Shown here in pieces: positions 25,801-40,160 of a stretch of 64,000 nt of DNA. The stretch is from contig OZ024743.1 of assembly GCA_964016885.1 (NCBI GenBank), forward strand, positions 152,954,001 through 153,018,000, given 5' to 3'. Source of the DNA: Eledone cirrhosa (lineage: Eukaryota). Below the pieces are notes generated by a model that was not told where the DNA came from, did not search any database, and saw nothing but the letters and a program-made list of their open reading frames with translations. Each line of letters starts with the position of its first letter. Position 1 is the stretch's first letter. The position numbers and the translations under genes were made by a program.

Positions 25801-25954
25801 TATCTGAGACTACATTGTTCAGTATATCCTTTCTTCTGAGGATTTTCAGTGTTGTTTGTAGTACAATGATATACTACTTAATGTTGGTCTAGATGCCTTT
25901 CACCAAAGTTGCTTGAGCAAAATCCTGAGAATCTTGTACTATGAGGATCATGAT

Positions 25955-26210
25955 GATCATCATCATCACCGTTTAACATCCATTTTCCACGCTAGCATGG
26001 GTTAGATGAGTTATCCTGTTGTGAGCAATGCCAGGTCAGGTGACCATATCATGCTCATACAGAACCGATTTGGGCTCGGTTTCTACAGCTGGATGCCCTT
26101 CCTCGCACCAACCTCATTTACAGTGAGTACTGGGTGCTTTTTTGCTTTTTCTCGTGATACCTACATGACCACTCTACAGTGTGGGCTAGGCACCTTTGGT
26201 GTGTCATCAC
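25955..26210 (-). mobile_element. 48-bp-unit SINE/RTE-3'UTR copy
   Basis: CATCATCACCGTTTAACATCCATTTTCCACGCTAGCATGGGTTAGA...CTACAGCTGGATGCCCTTCC. Confidence 0.7.
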
Positions 26211-27439
26211 CACGATCATATCAGAAACAAATATGTTTTAAGAAGAGCATCATCACAAATGTTCCAGAACATGGTAATGAAAGAAAGAATGTGACTGGAT
26301 AGTCATGCCTTACAGCAGCTAGATAATCAATGTAATAAAATCAGCATTGAGATAGATAGTAACTATCAAGAGGAGGGAGAAAACAGGAAAGAACACATGC
26401 CACATACTGTCAAACCTATCAGAAAAATGAGGAAGTTGTCAACAGATAATGGGAAAACTTAGAACAACATCTAACAGATTTGGAACTCTAAGGTGAAGGT
26501 AATGTTCCAATTAATTTATTATACTGTAGTTATAACTTATCAGTGTACCAAAGATGGTAACTTTTTATGATAATTCTTTTCTTGCAGTATCTAGGCATAA
26601 TTTAGTTGTAACTTATGATATACTCTCAGAAACAAAGATTACTTTAGGTTGAAGTGGCATGTGTATAGAAATAGCTAAAGTTTGTAAGCTAATACTTATG
26701 CCAGATAGAATGTTTAGCTTCATAGTACACCCTATGATAACGACCACTATATGCCAGTGAACTCATCACATAGACTTATATTTATATTTGTAGGGGAACA
26801 GAGATGCAAATACATTTATATATTAGATTAAAATAGTTTGCTGTGTTGAGACAAGAATCTTGACATTATAGGAAATCTCTTTTAAAAGAGAAAAAGTATT
26901 CTCTCTCAGTGACCACGCAACTCACCTAACTTTACAAATTTCATCATCATCACTATTATTTTATATCAATTTTCCTTGCTGACAATCAGGTCAGATGACC
27001 ACATCTTGCTCATACATTTTGGCATGATTTTTCTGGCTGGATGCATTCCTAATGCCAACAACTTTACAGAGTGTACTGTGTGCATTTTATCATGATACAA
27101 GCACTACCACTTATATATTCTACTTGGTGCATTTTATAGTGATGCCAACACTAAAAGTTTACTGAATAAATATTTATTGTTGCAGACCTCCATGACTTCT
27201 TTTTAACATTAAATCTTATTTACAAAAAAAACAGACAGTCAAGTTAACAGAGTACTGAAGAGTAGTGTACAAACAACCAATCTTCAAAGTTTCATTATAG
27301 GTTTATTTTTATTCTCAATCTATGCTTTTCAAACCTTGCTGGGGCTAATTTTGCCTTTTATTTTTCAGGGGTTGATAAATGTAGGACTAATCCCGTAAGG
27401 CGGTCGATTGCTTTCTTTTTTTCTGATTTTGTCTCCTTG

Positions 27440-30403
27440 TATCACAAAACCTTATATGATGAAAGAAACCTCATCATCCTGGCAGGTGACTTCAATGTGA
27501 AACAATACCAGGTTGCATTGAGCGGAATCCATGGTGGCTATGGTTATGACTCAAGATATTAAGAGGGGCTGAGACTCCTGGAATTCAGTGACACAAATGA
27601 ACAAACCATCTGCAACACAAATTTCAGGAAACCAGCTAATTACTGGATTTCATATCAATCAGGTGAATACACAAGCCAAATCGATTACTTACTTGTTAGA
27701 TAACAAGACAAATTGCCTTCCCTAGGAAAAGATACACTGCCCAGCACAAGTTAGTTATTAGTGACATCAAAATAAATAAAAGACAGAACAAGACATGCAG
27801 GAAAATATAGAAATGGAAGGTATGGAAGCTAAAGGACCTCTCAGTTAAATATAGGTTTAGAAAGGCTCTACAGGATGCACTTGATTAGAGGGATGATGAG
27901 CTAGATACATATAATGATGAGGACAACTGGAAGTTCTTATGTGACAACCTTTTGCGAACTACTGATGAGACTTGCGGCTGGAGTAAAGCACCAGCTAGGC
28001 AGAGGGTGACCTGGTGATGGAACAGCACAGTAGATACAGTCATGAAAGCCAAGAGACAGGCATGGAAAGCCTGGAAAAATGGGGGTAGCAGAAGCGGGGA
28101 CCAAGTAGCTAAGAAAGAAGCTAGGCAACAGGTATACACAGCTGGGAGAGAAGCTGAAGAAAGTAAATTTACCAATTTCATGAGACATGAGAATCAGAGA
28201 CATGAAGTGTTCTGTATTGAAAGGCAGTGTGTGAGTGTGAATTGAGATGTTGTGGATAAATGTGTTTGAAATGACGCTGGTGCACTTAGCACCACTGATT
28301 CCCAAAAGAATGAGGTCTGGAAATGTTACTATTGATGAATGTAGAAAATAAAAGGGAGGAAGGGGAACTACTCCCAACTTACCCTCAGGAAGGACCAGCT
28401 ATTGAAGTTAATAGTTTTAAGGTCAAAGATGCAAACAAAGAGATGAAGTATGGTAAAGCTGAAGGACCATCAGAAATAGCTGCTGAGATGCTAAAAGCAT
28501 CGGGAGAGGTAGAAGTCAAACTAGTAACCCGTATAGTAAATCAAGTAATACATGACTGAATCATACCCAATGACTGGTGCAGCATTACAATTATACATTG
28601 CTAGAAAGGAGCAACTATAGAACAATAAAACTAATGGACCAAGTTATGAAAGTGACAGAAAGATTTATAAGACACCTAATTAGGGAAAGAGTCAAAATAG
28701 ATGAGTTGCAGTTTGGATTCCTGCAAGGGAAAAGTACTACAGATGCCCTCTTCTTAGTGAGGAAACTACAAGAGAAGTTACTAGCCAAAAATAAGCCACT
28801 ATATTTAGATCTTGTTGATCTTAGAGAAGGCCTTTGACAGAGTACCTTGATCTGTTATCTGGTGGAGTTTAAGGAAATTAGGTGTAGAAGCATTCCTTGT
28901 ACAGAGGAGTTGTCAGTAAAGTGAGAGTAGGAAATGAATTTAGCAATGAATTCAAGGTACAGGTAGGAGTTCATCAAGGTTAAGTTCTTAGCCCACCGCT
29001 GTTCATCATAACAGAAGAGTTCAAAGCAGACTGCCCATGGGAATTTCTCTATGATTTGGTCCTCATAGCTGAAAACAAAATGAACTAGAAAGTAAATTCT
29101 GATAATGGAAACTAAATTTGAAATCAAATGGTCTGAGAGTAAACTTATTCAAAACTAAAGTGTTAGTGAGTAGAAGAGAAGATAGGACCCAGATTCCCTC
29201 AGGGAAGTGGCCATGTTCAATATGCAGAAAAGGAGTAGACCTACACCTCATACCAGTGTACACAATGTAAATCTTGGGTACAGAAAAGATCTAGTAGGAT
29301 AACAAGTAGACTAAAAGGAAGGAAGAACTTTGCAAGCAGGAGATGCACAGGAGAAACCGAGAGGAAGAGTGTTAATAATATAAAACTTTTCCAGTCATAG
29401 GAAGGATCCATAGATGTGGTTGATAGCTTCTGCTATCTAGATGACCTAATTAGCAGTGGAGGAGGGTGCATTGAGAGTATAATAGTTAAAATAATTGTTT
29501 CTACTTTTGGCACAAGGCCAGCAATTACCCCAGTGCATTACTGGTGCTATATTTTATCGACCCCGTAAGAATGAAAGGCAAAGTTACCCTCTGGAGGATT
29601 TGAACCCAGAACGTGAAGGGCCATAACTCTATGCTATAAAGCATAGTGTCTGACCCTCTACTGATACTGCTAATCCACTGCCTTTTAACTTATAATAGTT
29701 AAAATAATTGTTTCTACTTTAGGCACAAGGCCAGCAATTACCAAGTACATTACTGGTACTTTATTTTATCGACCCCGTAAGGATGAAAGGCAAAGTTAAC
29801 CTCGGTGGGATTTGAACTCAGACTGTAAAGGGACGTAACTATACTAGAAAGCATGGATACTGCCAATAGTTAAAATAATGACAGGATGAAAGCAATTTAG
29901 AGAACTACTCCCACTGCTGACAACAAAAGCTTTTTCCCTACATACAAAAAGAAGGCTGTATGATGCCTGTGCAGTGCATGATGCTGGATGGTAGTGGAAC
30001 AATGCCTGTGACTGCAGAGGACATTGGTAGGATGGAGATGAATTAAGCAACGATGTTTCGTTGGATGTGCAATGTAAATGTGAGAGAAAAGCAGAGCTTG
30101 GATGAGCTGAGAGAGAGGCAGGTTTTAAGAGGAATATGAGATGGTATGCAGGAGAGAAGATTGCGTAGGTATGGACATGTGATGCGCATGGGCAATGACC
30201 GATGAGTGAAGAAAGGCTAGGAAATCACAGTGAAAGGAAGCTGCAGTAGAGTACGACCAAGAAAGATAAGAGCAGAGGTTGTGAGAGCTGATCTCAAATC
30301 ACTAAGACTGGAAGAGGAGATGATGAGGGAGAGATGCCATGCTGAGAATGCCCTGTTCAACCCATGCAATCATGGAAAAGCGGACGTGAAAACAACGATG
30401 ATG
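27440..30403 (+). mobile_element. Long decayed RTE LINE (APE endonuclease, RT, PHD-like finger, C-terminus)
   Basis: LIILAGDFN (~27470), CNTNFRKP, SQIDYLLVR, GKAEGPSEIAAEMLK, NYRTIKLMDQVMK, QFGFLQGKSTTDA, WPCSICRKG, RPRKIRAEVV; many stops and frameshifts. Confidence 0.92.
29496..29864 (-). mobile_element. Two family-B SINEs inserted at one site within the RTE
   Basis: Target AATAGTTAAAATAAT is present three times (29481-29495, 29694-29708, 29865-29879). Confidence 0.88.
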
Positions 30404-30889
30404 AAATACCCTAAAGAAACCAACAAATCTCTAGATGGCTGCTTGCTCTGTTAGAAGTAACAGCCATATTTCTCTCAAATCTATGCCCTAATTTCTTAAA
30501 GAAAGAAAAGTCACATTAGACAACATAATTAGTATGGTCATGACAGTTTGTTAAACAATAACATCATCATATATTCAAATGTTGTATGGTGTGAAACCAT
30601 TGGCACTAATCTTTAAAAACATAGTGTTAGAGAAAAAATTTAGTTATTTTGTGTATTATAGACAGCTAAGTATTCAGTTTGTTTGCATGTTAAGTTGGGT
30701 TGAGAATGTTCTATACAGTATATCTGTTATGTCTGATATTAAGTTAGATCCAGTTCAACTCAGATTGAGCAGATCTATGATGATCAAAAGTATTCCAGAC
30801 ACAAACATCCCTTCTTTTTAGGGTATGCCTAGGACTACTTTACCCAGTATGTATTTTTTCTCATCTAGCATAGTAGGTTGTGATTTGAG

Positions 30890-31710
30890 AAGAGAATGAG
30901 GAGGAAATGGTCTAAAGTAAGGTAAAGAGGAAGAAAGTGGGAGATGGGAAGAAAGGTAGAAAGGGAAAGAAGAGAAAGGGGAAGAAAGTCGGATAAAGAG
31001 GTTGGAAGATATGGAAAGAGAGAGAAGGGTGGTAAGGGCAGGAATAGAAGGAAAGTGGGCTAAATAGGGGTAAAGTAGAGGTAAAGAGATTGAATGTTAG
31101 CAAAACAGGTGAAAAAAAAGGGAAAAAGAGGAAGGGATGGAAAGAGAAAATGGGGAGGAGAATGGGCTAAAGTAGGGCAAATAGGGATAAAGAAGGGTAA
31201 TGGAAATTAAAGGGTAATAGGTGGAAAGAGGGGGAAGAGCAGGAAATTGAATAAAGTGAGCTAAATAGGGTTAGAGAGATTTAGAGGGTGACAGAGGGTG
31301 AAAAAGGCTGAAAGTGAAGCAAGAGGGGGAAGAAGGAAAGGTAGTGAGGAGATGAAAGTAAGCTAAAGAGAGTTAAAGAATGGGAAATGATGTGAAAGAG
31401 GACTAAAGTGCCAAAAGTAAGTAGTAAGAGGAGGAAGCATTGGAAAGAGAAAAAGAAAGATTTTGTGGGTGAAAGAGGGCAAAAGACAGTGAAAGAGTCC
31501 AAAGGTGGGGTTTAGGAAAGAAGGGGAAGGGGATGAAGGAGAAAAGAGTGGTCTAAGGAAGCTAAAGAGGGTTAAAGAAAGAGGGCAAAAGGGGTGAGAT
31601 AGATAAAAAGGGGTAAGGAGAGGAAGGGGAGGCAAGGTAGTTAACATAAGCTAAAGAAAACAAAAGTGGGTAAAAGAGGAGGAAATAGAAAGAACAAGAC
31701 AGTGAGCAAA
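30890..31710 (+). repeat. ~800-bp purine-rich low-complexity tract
   Basis: Strongly G/A-biased; a similar tract lies at 32140-32380. Confidence 0.85.
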
Positions 31711-31719
31711 GGAGCCCAA

Positions 31720-32137
31720 ACAATCCTGTGCCAGCCCAGCTCAACCCAGCCCAGCCCAAGTTATCTAACCCAGAACATTCAATCCAAATGAGGACACCTG
31801 ACATAGCCCTGGTCAAACTACACAACCCTATCCAACCCAACCCATGCCCAACCAATCACAGACCACCTAACCTAGGCCAAACTACATCACTTAACCCAAA
31901 CCAATCATGGCTATCCAACCAAGCACAGGCCACCTGCTCCAGCTCAGCACAATTCAACCAGGTCCTCCAACCCAAATGAATAAAACCCAACCCAGGCTAT
32001 TCAGCTTATCCCAGGCTATCCAACCCAGCAAAAGCCAATTTATGCCACCTAACCCAGTCAGGCCAAGGTCAAACTATGCCAACCAACTCAGCCCAGTCTA
32101 CACCATACATCCCAACTGAGCCTAGCTCAGGCTATCC
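31720..32137 (+). repeat. Decayed (CCCAR)n pentamer satellite
   Basis: CCAGCCCAGCTCAACCCAGCCCAGCCCAAG...CCAACCCAACCCA. Confidence 0.7.
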
Positions 32138-33459
32138 AAAATGGGAGAAAAGTGATCCAAGGAGGGCTAAAGATGGGGAAAATGAGATAAACAGGTTATA
32201 AGTTTGTGAAAGTCGGTGAAAGAAGCAGAAAAAGATGGAGGATTAAGGAGAAGAGAGAGGAAGAGCAGGAAGGGGGGTAATTGATCTAGAGTGCAGGGTA
32301 AAGAGTAGGGAACAGGGCCTTAAATGTACAGAAGATGAGGAAAGAGGGTGAAAGATGTGGAAATATAGAAAATAGAAGTTAAACAGTGATGATTATGATG
32401 ATAAGTGTGTGTCTGTGTGTGTGTGTGTGTGTGTTTTTGTTATTATATGAAGGGCCCACCAAACTTGAACTGCTCGAGGCCCCCCAAAATCAAAATCTGA
32501 ACCTGGATGTTTGTATGAAATATTTGTCAAAACCAACATGTTTAAGGTGGCATTGTAGTTTCTGACTCAAGAATAGAAATATGGCTTAAAGGCTTTACTG
32601 TGTAGGGTATGTTATGGTACAATTATACCAGTCTATATGCTATGTGAGAAAGAAAGAAGGAGAGAGAGAGGTGGTTGGAGAGAAAGTGAGGCAAAGAGAA
32701 AAAGAAAGAGGGGGAGTTGGAGTGAGAAATTTGGTAGAAGAAGAAAGAGGTGTGGTGAAAAACATAAAACCTAAAGCTGCCAATATGAATTTGATGTTCT
32801 TCCATTTAGTAATGGAAGCCCAGTGTCTTATCAATTAGAACATTTTGACATTGCAGCATTGATTATCTGACATTCCACCCAAATGAATAAGAAGCAAATC
32901 AAAGAATATTCATGTTAAGTAAATTATGGATACTAGAGTCTCGAAGGTGTCAGAAACTTCTGCCCCTTGGAACACTTATGAATACAAAATAAAGTGTTTA
33001 GATGAATCTACAAAAGAAACAAGAACGTGACCCTGAAACTATTTGTAAGAAAATATATAGAGATAACCCAAGAAAGCCTAAGGTTTCACAAACAAATAGA
33101 GCTAATATGTTATGTCAGCTGCTGGTTTTATATTTTCAATTGAAAACAAGTTTGAATAATGGACATTTAATGCTTAGAGAATATTCACAATATCAAATAA
33201 TGTTCACCCTTTAGAATTAACATATTTCAGTTTTCGAATACACACACATTCTGAATGCTATTTCGCATTAGAATAAATTGGTCTGAAACATTTTATTTGA
33301 AAATGCTTTCATATTTAGAACAATAGCAGCTTTAAAGGAATACTGTTAAATGAAACAATTCTAATCTACATTATTCTGATCTCCAAAGATCAATAAAAAC
33401 TTGTATATGAGAACATTTTAGAATTGACTTATAGCAAAGCTAATGAAAATTAGAAAGCA

Positions 33460-35890
33460 TAAGGCCTAAACACTAGCATCATCCACCGACCACATGATAG
33501 ATACAAACAGCCTGCAAGACTGGAACAAATTCAATTTTGCATTACTATTACTTGGGATCCTGATTTCAGGGGAGGGTTCAGTCTTTGCTTGACTTCGAGG
33601 CTGAGAGGCAACATCACTTCATTTGATCACCTCTTATCAATCAGCTTCTTGCTTCTCCCATATAGCCTACCTATGCCAAAACTGCACACACAGTCCCCTT
33701 ATGACTGTGCAAAATGGCTCACTGACTGAGTTAATTTCAAATTAATTGAGGGTGACATTTCAGTTGCAGTGCGTGTGCTGGCCTTGAGCCACATGGCACT
33801 TCAGCCTACACCAGTGGTCCTGGCCACCTTCCATCTCAAGCACCCAGACCCTACAACAAATATCAGGAACTTCCAGTGTGCCACCTTGTCTGTATCCAAT
33901 GAGGGTGTGACAGCAGCCTGAGGTTCTTTCCCAGAGAGTAGCAGTGATGGAGTAGATGGCCTGTGACACAGCCACCTCACAGATCTAATCTCACCACACT
34001 CCATTGAGGCAGGAACACAGATTCCCTGATCAATTCCTGGTCTCAATAACATGCTTCTTCATGCCAACCTTCCCAACCATGGCTGTGATCTTCTTTTCTT
34101 AGCTCACTTGACAGTGTTGAAGAAGAAAGATGGTGGCATATGAACCATTGAAGTGGGCAATGCCTTTTAGAAATTTGTGGCCAAGATAGCCTGCAGGTCA
34201 GTTGATGATGATCTGAACAAAGTAATTAGACCTGTTCAGCTCAGAATGGGAGTTAAATGTTGATGTGAGGCAGCTTCTTATACGGGGCAAGACACTTCAT
34301 AGATCACACACCTCCTTCATCCCCCCACCTACGTGAAGCTGGACATGCCTAATGCCTTCAACAGCATTAGGCGGGATTACAGTTTAGAGATATGTCCAAG
34401 ATATACTCTCTCATTTCACCCTCTAACATACCTCTCTTATGGAACACCCAGAAGTCTCATGGCTGCTGACAAATAGATCACCTCCACCAAGGTTTCCAGC
34501 AAGAGGACTCAATTGACCTGTTCCTTTCTGCACTGGCTGTTGAGTATATTGCATACTTACTCTGCTCACCATTCAATGTCTTGAATCTGTTGTTGAGGAC
34601 CTTCAGTGGGTGATCCCTGCTCTAAACCACTAGGACTGTAGATCAATCTATCCAAGTCTGAGGTCATCAATGTGAGCTCTGGCAATGTCGAATTCCAAGA
34701 GGCTGTACTCAGCATCGATCCTCTCCTGACTCGGGCTTGGCTGACCCCAAAGTATGCCATCTGCATTCTTGGCTCTCCATTCCTCCTGAAAGCCATATGC
34801 AAACGCCTTGAGACAAAGCATGCCTAGCAGATCAACTCATCAACTTAATGCCACCATCTGATTCTGTACCAAACTCATCTGCAATGTTTGCTTTGACAGC
34901 ACTGGCTGGCAACAAGTGAATCTCCCTGTGAGATTCAGTGGCCTCAGCCTAAAATCCACTCTGGACTTGACACAGACAGCCTAACTCCCTCTGATCTCCT
35001 CTAGCTGCACCCTCATCAATGAGATTCTCTGAAAGTTGACAGAACCTGACATGGCCGAAGAGCTGGTGTCAGGTCTGGCTGATTGAATCGATGAAAGCCT
35101 TGCTGTCCCCCAGTATACCAATGTCCTACATAACTGGGATGATGTCAAGTGCATGTCTACCTTCAGGTGGATCGAGTCTTCCTTGGACCAACACCATCTT
35201 GCCTGCCTAATCTTCACCATGTAACCAAACAGCAGTACTTGGCTCAATTCTGTGCCCTCCTCATCAACCAGTACCCTTCTTATTGATGACTGCATTTACA
35301 TTGAAGTGGCACAGCACCTTGGCCTCCACATGTTTCAGCCACATAGATGCTGCTGTAGAGCAGTTGCTGATCAGTTCAGTTTACACCCGTTATCTTGCTG
35401 CCTTAGTACAGGTTGGATCCCCCATCATGCTGCTCTGAATTATATCATCAGAAAGAGCTTCAACACAGTCACTTTCCCATCATAATTTGAGGTGGCTGGA
35501 TTCAACTGTGATGATGGCAATCACTCTGGCAGATTAACCCTATTCCTTTTCAAGGGGAAAAACTCTTTAATATGGGGTAGGATGTGCTGCGATTCATTCT
35601 CTGTCTGTCTCCAACATTGTCAATTCGGCAACAAACTTGGGATCCATTACCCAAAATACAGAAGAGTGGAAGATAGTTAGTTGCCAGGGCCTGTTAAGAC
35701 CTCTGGTGTCCTTGGTCCCCACACTGCTGATTTCCTCCATAAAATCGGAAAGATGGGGACCTGTTTGAGAATGGAGCCAGAGGAGGTGGGGTGGCTATTG
35801 CTGTGGGTATCTGTGGCCATTCACCATTGTAACACCCTTGTCATTTTGTCTGAAGTGTGCAGCCATGGCACATCTCCAACTGTGGTGTAG
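33460..35890 (+). mobile_element. Decayed CRE-clade (restriction-like endonuclease) non-LTR retrotransposon
   Basis: SFPESSSDGVDGL*HSHLTDL, KKKDGGI*TIEVGNAF, VKLDMPNAFNSIRRD, PHRCCCRAVADQFSLHPLSC...HAALNYII, DDGNHSGRLTLFLFKGKNSLIWG, KTSGVLGP...VSVAIHHCN. Confidence 0.85.
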
Positions 35891-37379
35891 TGTCTGTCCC
35901 ACTGACCTTTCTTTCATTGCTTGATTCTTTTTTCCTTTTCTTCTTTTCATTTCTTATTTGCCTTCTTTTTTGTTCCCTTTAATAATGTTTTGTTTTTGTA
36001 GAAACAGCTTTGTAAAATAAAAGGAAACGTTTGGTTAATAAAAAATGCATTTGATATGAACAGTGTCACTGTAGTTGAGTTCTTATGTGCAAATATGACT
36101 ACACAGAAAACAAATATATTGAGACAACTGCAGAAATTTCTGATGAAAACAAGTTAGTATCCCTTTCTTAAAACAGATATCTACTCTGTTATTGCAATTG
36201 TTTCTCTAGCTCCAGGCTAGTTGTAATGAGCAGGCCTATAATCAAAAGTGTTCAGGCCAAGACTATTCCATCTTCTAATTAGACATAGTATATATTGGAC
36301 TACATCTTCTAATGTATTCTGTCTTCTGATATTTCTGGCAAGTCAACCATCCACATCGAGATTCTATTGTTGTCTTGAGTCTATGCTTTGTATATTAGCA
36401 GGATGAAGGCTATATAGATGAATTTCTATGTGTTTCTCCATATTAGCATAGATTACTGCTATAATGGGAGCAGATAGAGTGGAATTTGATACAGCTGAAC
36501 CACATTAATAATCCACCTCATTATCATCATGTCAGAATCACTAGAGCTTTGGAGAAAATGCTTTGAATATTTAGCTACAACCTATCATAATCTGAGTTTT
36601 GATAAAAACAAATATTGATATAGATGGCTCAAAAGAATACTGGTGGACCCTAAAAATAGAAACTGCTTCTAGATTAGAATACAACTGGCCTGGTATTCTT
36701 GTTTGGACCCACACATTAAATATATGCTATGTTGTAGAAGCTCACTTGGTGTAAATGTAACAAGAAAAATACAAGAGAAGGAGGATACATGCAGACCAAT
36801 GATGAATAGTTTACAAATCCAGTGCCAAAGATACATCATCATCATCATTACTGTTTAATGTCCACTTTTCCACACCAGCATGGGTTAGACAGGTTCTCCC
36901 ATTTGAGGCATGTTGGGTCCAGTGATTATGACATGCTCACACAGAATCATTTCTATTTTGGTTTGAATGTCTGGATGCCATTCCTAATGCCAACTACATG
37001 ACCACTTTAGAGCATGGGCTGGGTGCATTTTGCCCCAATAGGGTGCTACACATACATAAATAAGCCAAGTAATGTTTCAAAACAATAGCTCTCATTGACT
37101 TTTCTAATTGAAACTTGATAAAGCGTTTGAGTAGGGAGAGGGAAGTGTTGCCTTCAAGTAAATCTGATGAAAGGCAGATGAATAAAGTGAGTGTAGTTCA
37201 CATAAATGAGCCTGCCTTGAGAATGTGTTTGTAGATATAGACAAACAAACCATGATATAAAATGTTCCCAATGCTTCTTAAGTAAATCGGTTGTTTAAAC
37301 TTTGTCTATTTATTTTGTATATATGTCTATCATACTTTCCAGTTGTTGTCTTCCTGTTTCTTCTACAACAACTACAACG

Positions 37380-37630
37380 GTATGCGATGGGGCCCACCCA
37401 CAGCCCTGGCGGACAGAAGGCGTTTCCCCAGAGGGAGACACACTGGAAAAGCCACTCCAACTCGTGGGGCTCACACCTGCGGCTGGCCAGCTCAGCGCCT
37501 ATGGTGGTGAATAAGGAGGTAGCCCTGGGGCTGAGGACAACCGAAAAACTTGTCAGTGAGCGACCGGTATTTGAGGAGTTTGGCCCCATCAGCCCGGCGT
37601 GCAGCAGAATGAAGGAGGACTGCTGGAAGA
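37380..37630 (-). mobile_element. 3' fragment of a CRE-like element
   Basis: VLSPRATSLFTTIGAELASRRCEPHELEWLFQCVSL, homologous to 35681-35890. Confidence 0.7.
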
Positions 37631-39983
37631 AGTAACTTGATTTTGTGATGGAATGATCATGTTTTTTGTGAATATTTCCATGAGTAGCTCTGGGAAATTC
37701 CCCTCTTATTGTGGAATATTCATTGTTTTTCCGTTTATTATTACCAATTTTGCTTTTGTTTTTGTTATTTCCTCTTTTGTTTTACACATTTTCATATAAA
37801 ACCACACTGTTTCATTCTTAACAATATACAGAATATAGTTATGTATATTTATGTTCTGAGTTCTGAGTTACAGGGTCGGTAAAATAAAGCAACAGTAATG
37901 CACTGAGGTTGATTTAATTGACTTTCCCCTCCCAAAAATTGTTGGCCTTCTGCCTAAATCAGAAACACTTATTAACTTAAGCACAAGATCACTTTATTAG
38001 GTGGATGAGATATATAATTCAAAGAATTGTTCTCACTGCATAACTGATACCTAATTTATTGGCTCTTGAAAACTGAATATTAACCTTGGTAGGATTTAAA
38101 TGTATTTCATCCAGGGTTGTAGTGCTGTGGCATATAGCTACTCCTAAATATACTAAGAGTATTATCTGCTATAACACAGAAGATATATCTACCAGTACAA
38201 ACACAGTGACACTAAAAGTAAATGTGGCCAGAGACTGGTTATTACACGGAGTGGAGAGGTCCCTTCGGCCTCTAGTGGATAGTGCAGAAAATATACACCA
38301 TTGTAAACTGCAAGATGAAATAAGTGTATGAATTCATACATTTGCATGCCAAAAATTTAGTTTTCTCTTTTCATATATTTGGATTCATTGATAGATACAT
38401 CAGGAAGTTCACACACATGTACACACAAACAGACACATATGCATACTTACTCAAGCAGAAAACCTACCAGATATTGTTATTTCTGCTAGTATTAAAATAA
38501 ATGTCGATTTACTCTAAACATAGTGCTGTGTTTTCATTGCTAACTCAGTCTCATAACTGGAGGAAAGTACTGTGTACATATAACAGTCTTTTAGGTTATT
38601 CTGTTTAATTACCAGTGAGTTAGGTTCTTATTTCATGAACCACTATTGCTGCTGTAAAATGTGAGAGTTTAACACTTATATTTTTCAATAAAATGTTTGT
38701 ACAGTAAGCACAGAGTGCTTACTACTCTAAAGTAGAGCAAAAACAATGTAATTCTGCATACATTCAATGATATACACACAAAATATGAACATTAATATTA
38801 AAATAAATATCAGTTTAGAGATGTCTGCTCCATAGAAACTGACCGGGATCTAACAACAATTACAACAACTATTAAGGCAGAAATGTTTAAATGTGAAACA
38901 GCAAATGTGCTGAACATATTCTGTAAGTAATGTAACATCTTGAAAGAATCATTTTGGATATAAATGCAGCCGTCTTACATATGACAAAGTTATTAGACTA
39001 TAAAATTAACATATTAAATGAAGTTTGAGGCTATTATAGATAAGTAAATCATTTGCTTTGATATACACTGCTAGAAGTGTCTACCTGTTGACATAACTAC
39101 ATTTATAGCATGAAATGATTCAGGAATATATTGCTGTCAGTATGTATAACATTAAATTCTCTCAGTGCATTTGGAAACTTACAGGGAACAGTAGTAAGAA
39201 AAAGAAAACTAATGTATAATTCAAATCTGAAACAACATGTCGTGAAAGGAAATAAAGTTAATAAAGTGAAGTGAGGTCACAACCTTTTGCCTCGAATAAT
39301 ATTAGTTTTCCAGTTTATGAGTGCCATAAATATTTCTGATGATATTAGTAAATTGCAAGGGGAGGTAATCTTACTAAAATCAATGTGACCATTAAGAAGC
39401 AGTGTTAGCATTAGTTCAAAGTAATACTGTAGGATTTGGTTTCCCAAGAGTATAGAAATCATTGTTCTGATGAAGAATATATTATGTCAATAGTAAATGG
39501 AAATTTGTAACATGAATATTGTTGATGAAGTGGGAAGAATACTTGATGTAAAGGCTAGTGTAAAATCAATCTTATTGTAAACTGGGACAAAACTGAGGTG
39601 ATTTGATAGCTGTTAGCTATAGCTTTATACATTAGCAATATTACTTTACCAATATGAAATTTAATGAAATGTAGAAGTGGAAGAACTATAACGGAAGTAT
39701 GGAAAGTTTCACAGTTGATCAGCTTTAATGAAGAATTATATGAGCTTAATGTATGTGAAATATTAAGAAGATATTTATATGACCTTCTTAGCAAAATATT
39801 AATCTGAGGAATAGAGAATGAAAGCTCATTAAGTTTAATCATATAGTTTGTAATACTCATTTTGTATCTATCTGCTGTCATATGCTTTTGGGGTTCAACT
39901 CCACTGCGCAGCATCTTGAGCAAATGTTTGTACATTGTGAGTGTAATTTGTGAAGTGGAAACTACAAAAGCCCATCATATTTA

Positions 39984-40028
39984 TGTGTGTATGTGCATGT
40001 GTGCATGTGTGTGAATGTGTATGTGTGA

Positions 40029-40099
<71 letters not shown>

Positions 40100-40160
40100 T
40101 GCATGAGTGTGTATGTATATGTATATGTGTGTGTCTGTGTGTGCATGTGTGTGTGTGTGT
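39984..40160. repeat. (GT)n microsatellite
   Basis: Direct inspection. Confidence 0.95.

Noticed and set aside
38446-38660. Strong minus-strand donor gtaagt as an extra exon
   Set aside because: The upstream acceptors I tested give stops in the phase needed to fit between exons C and D
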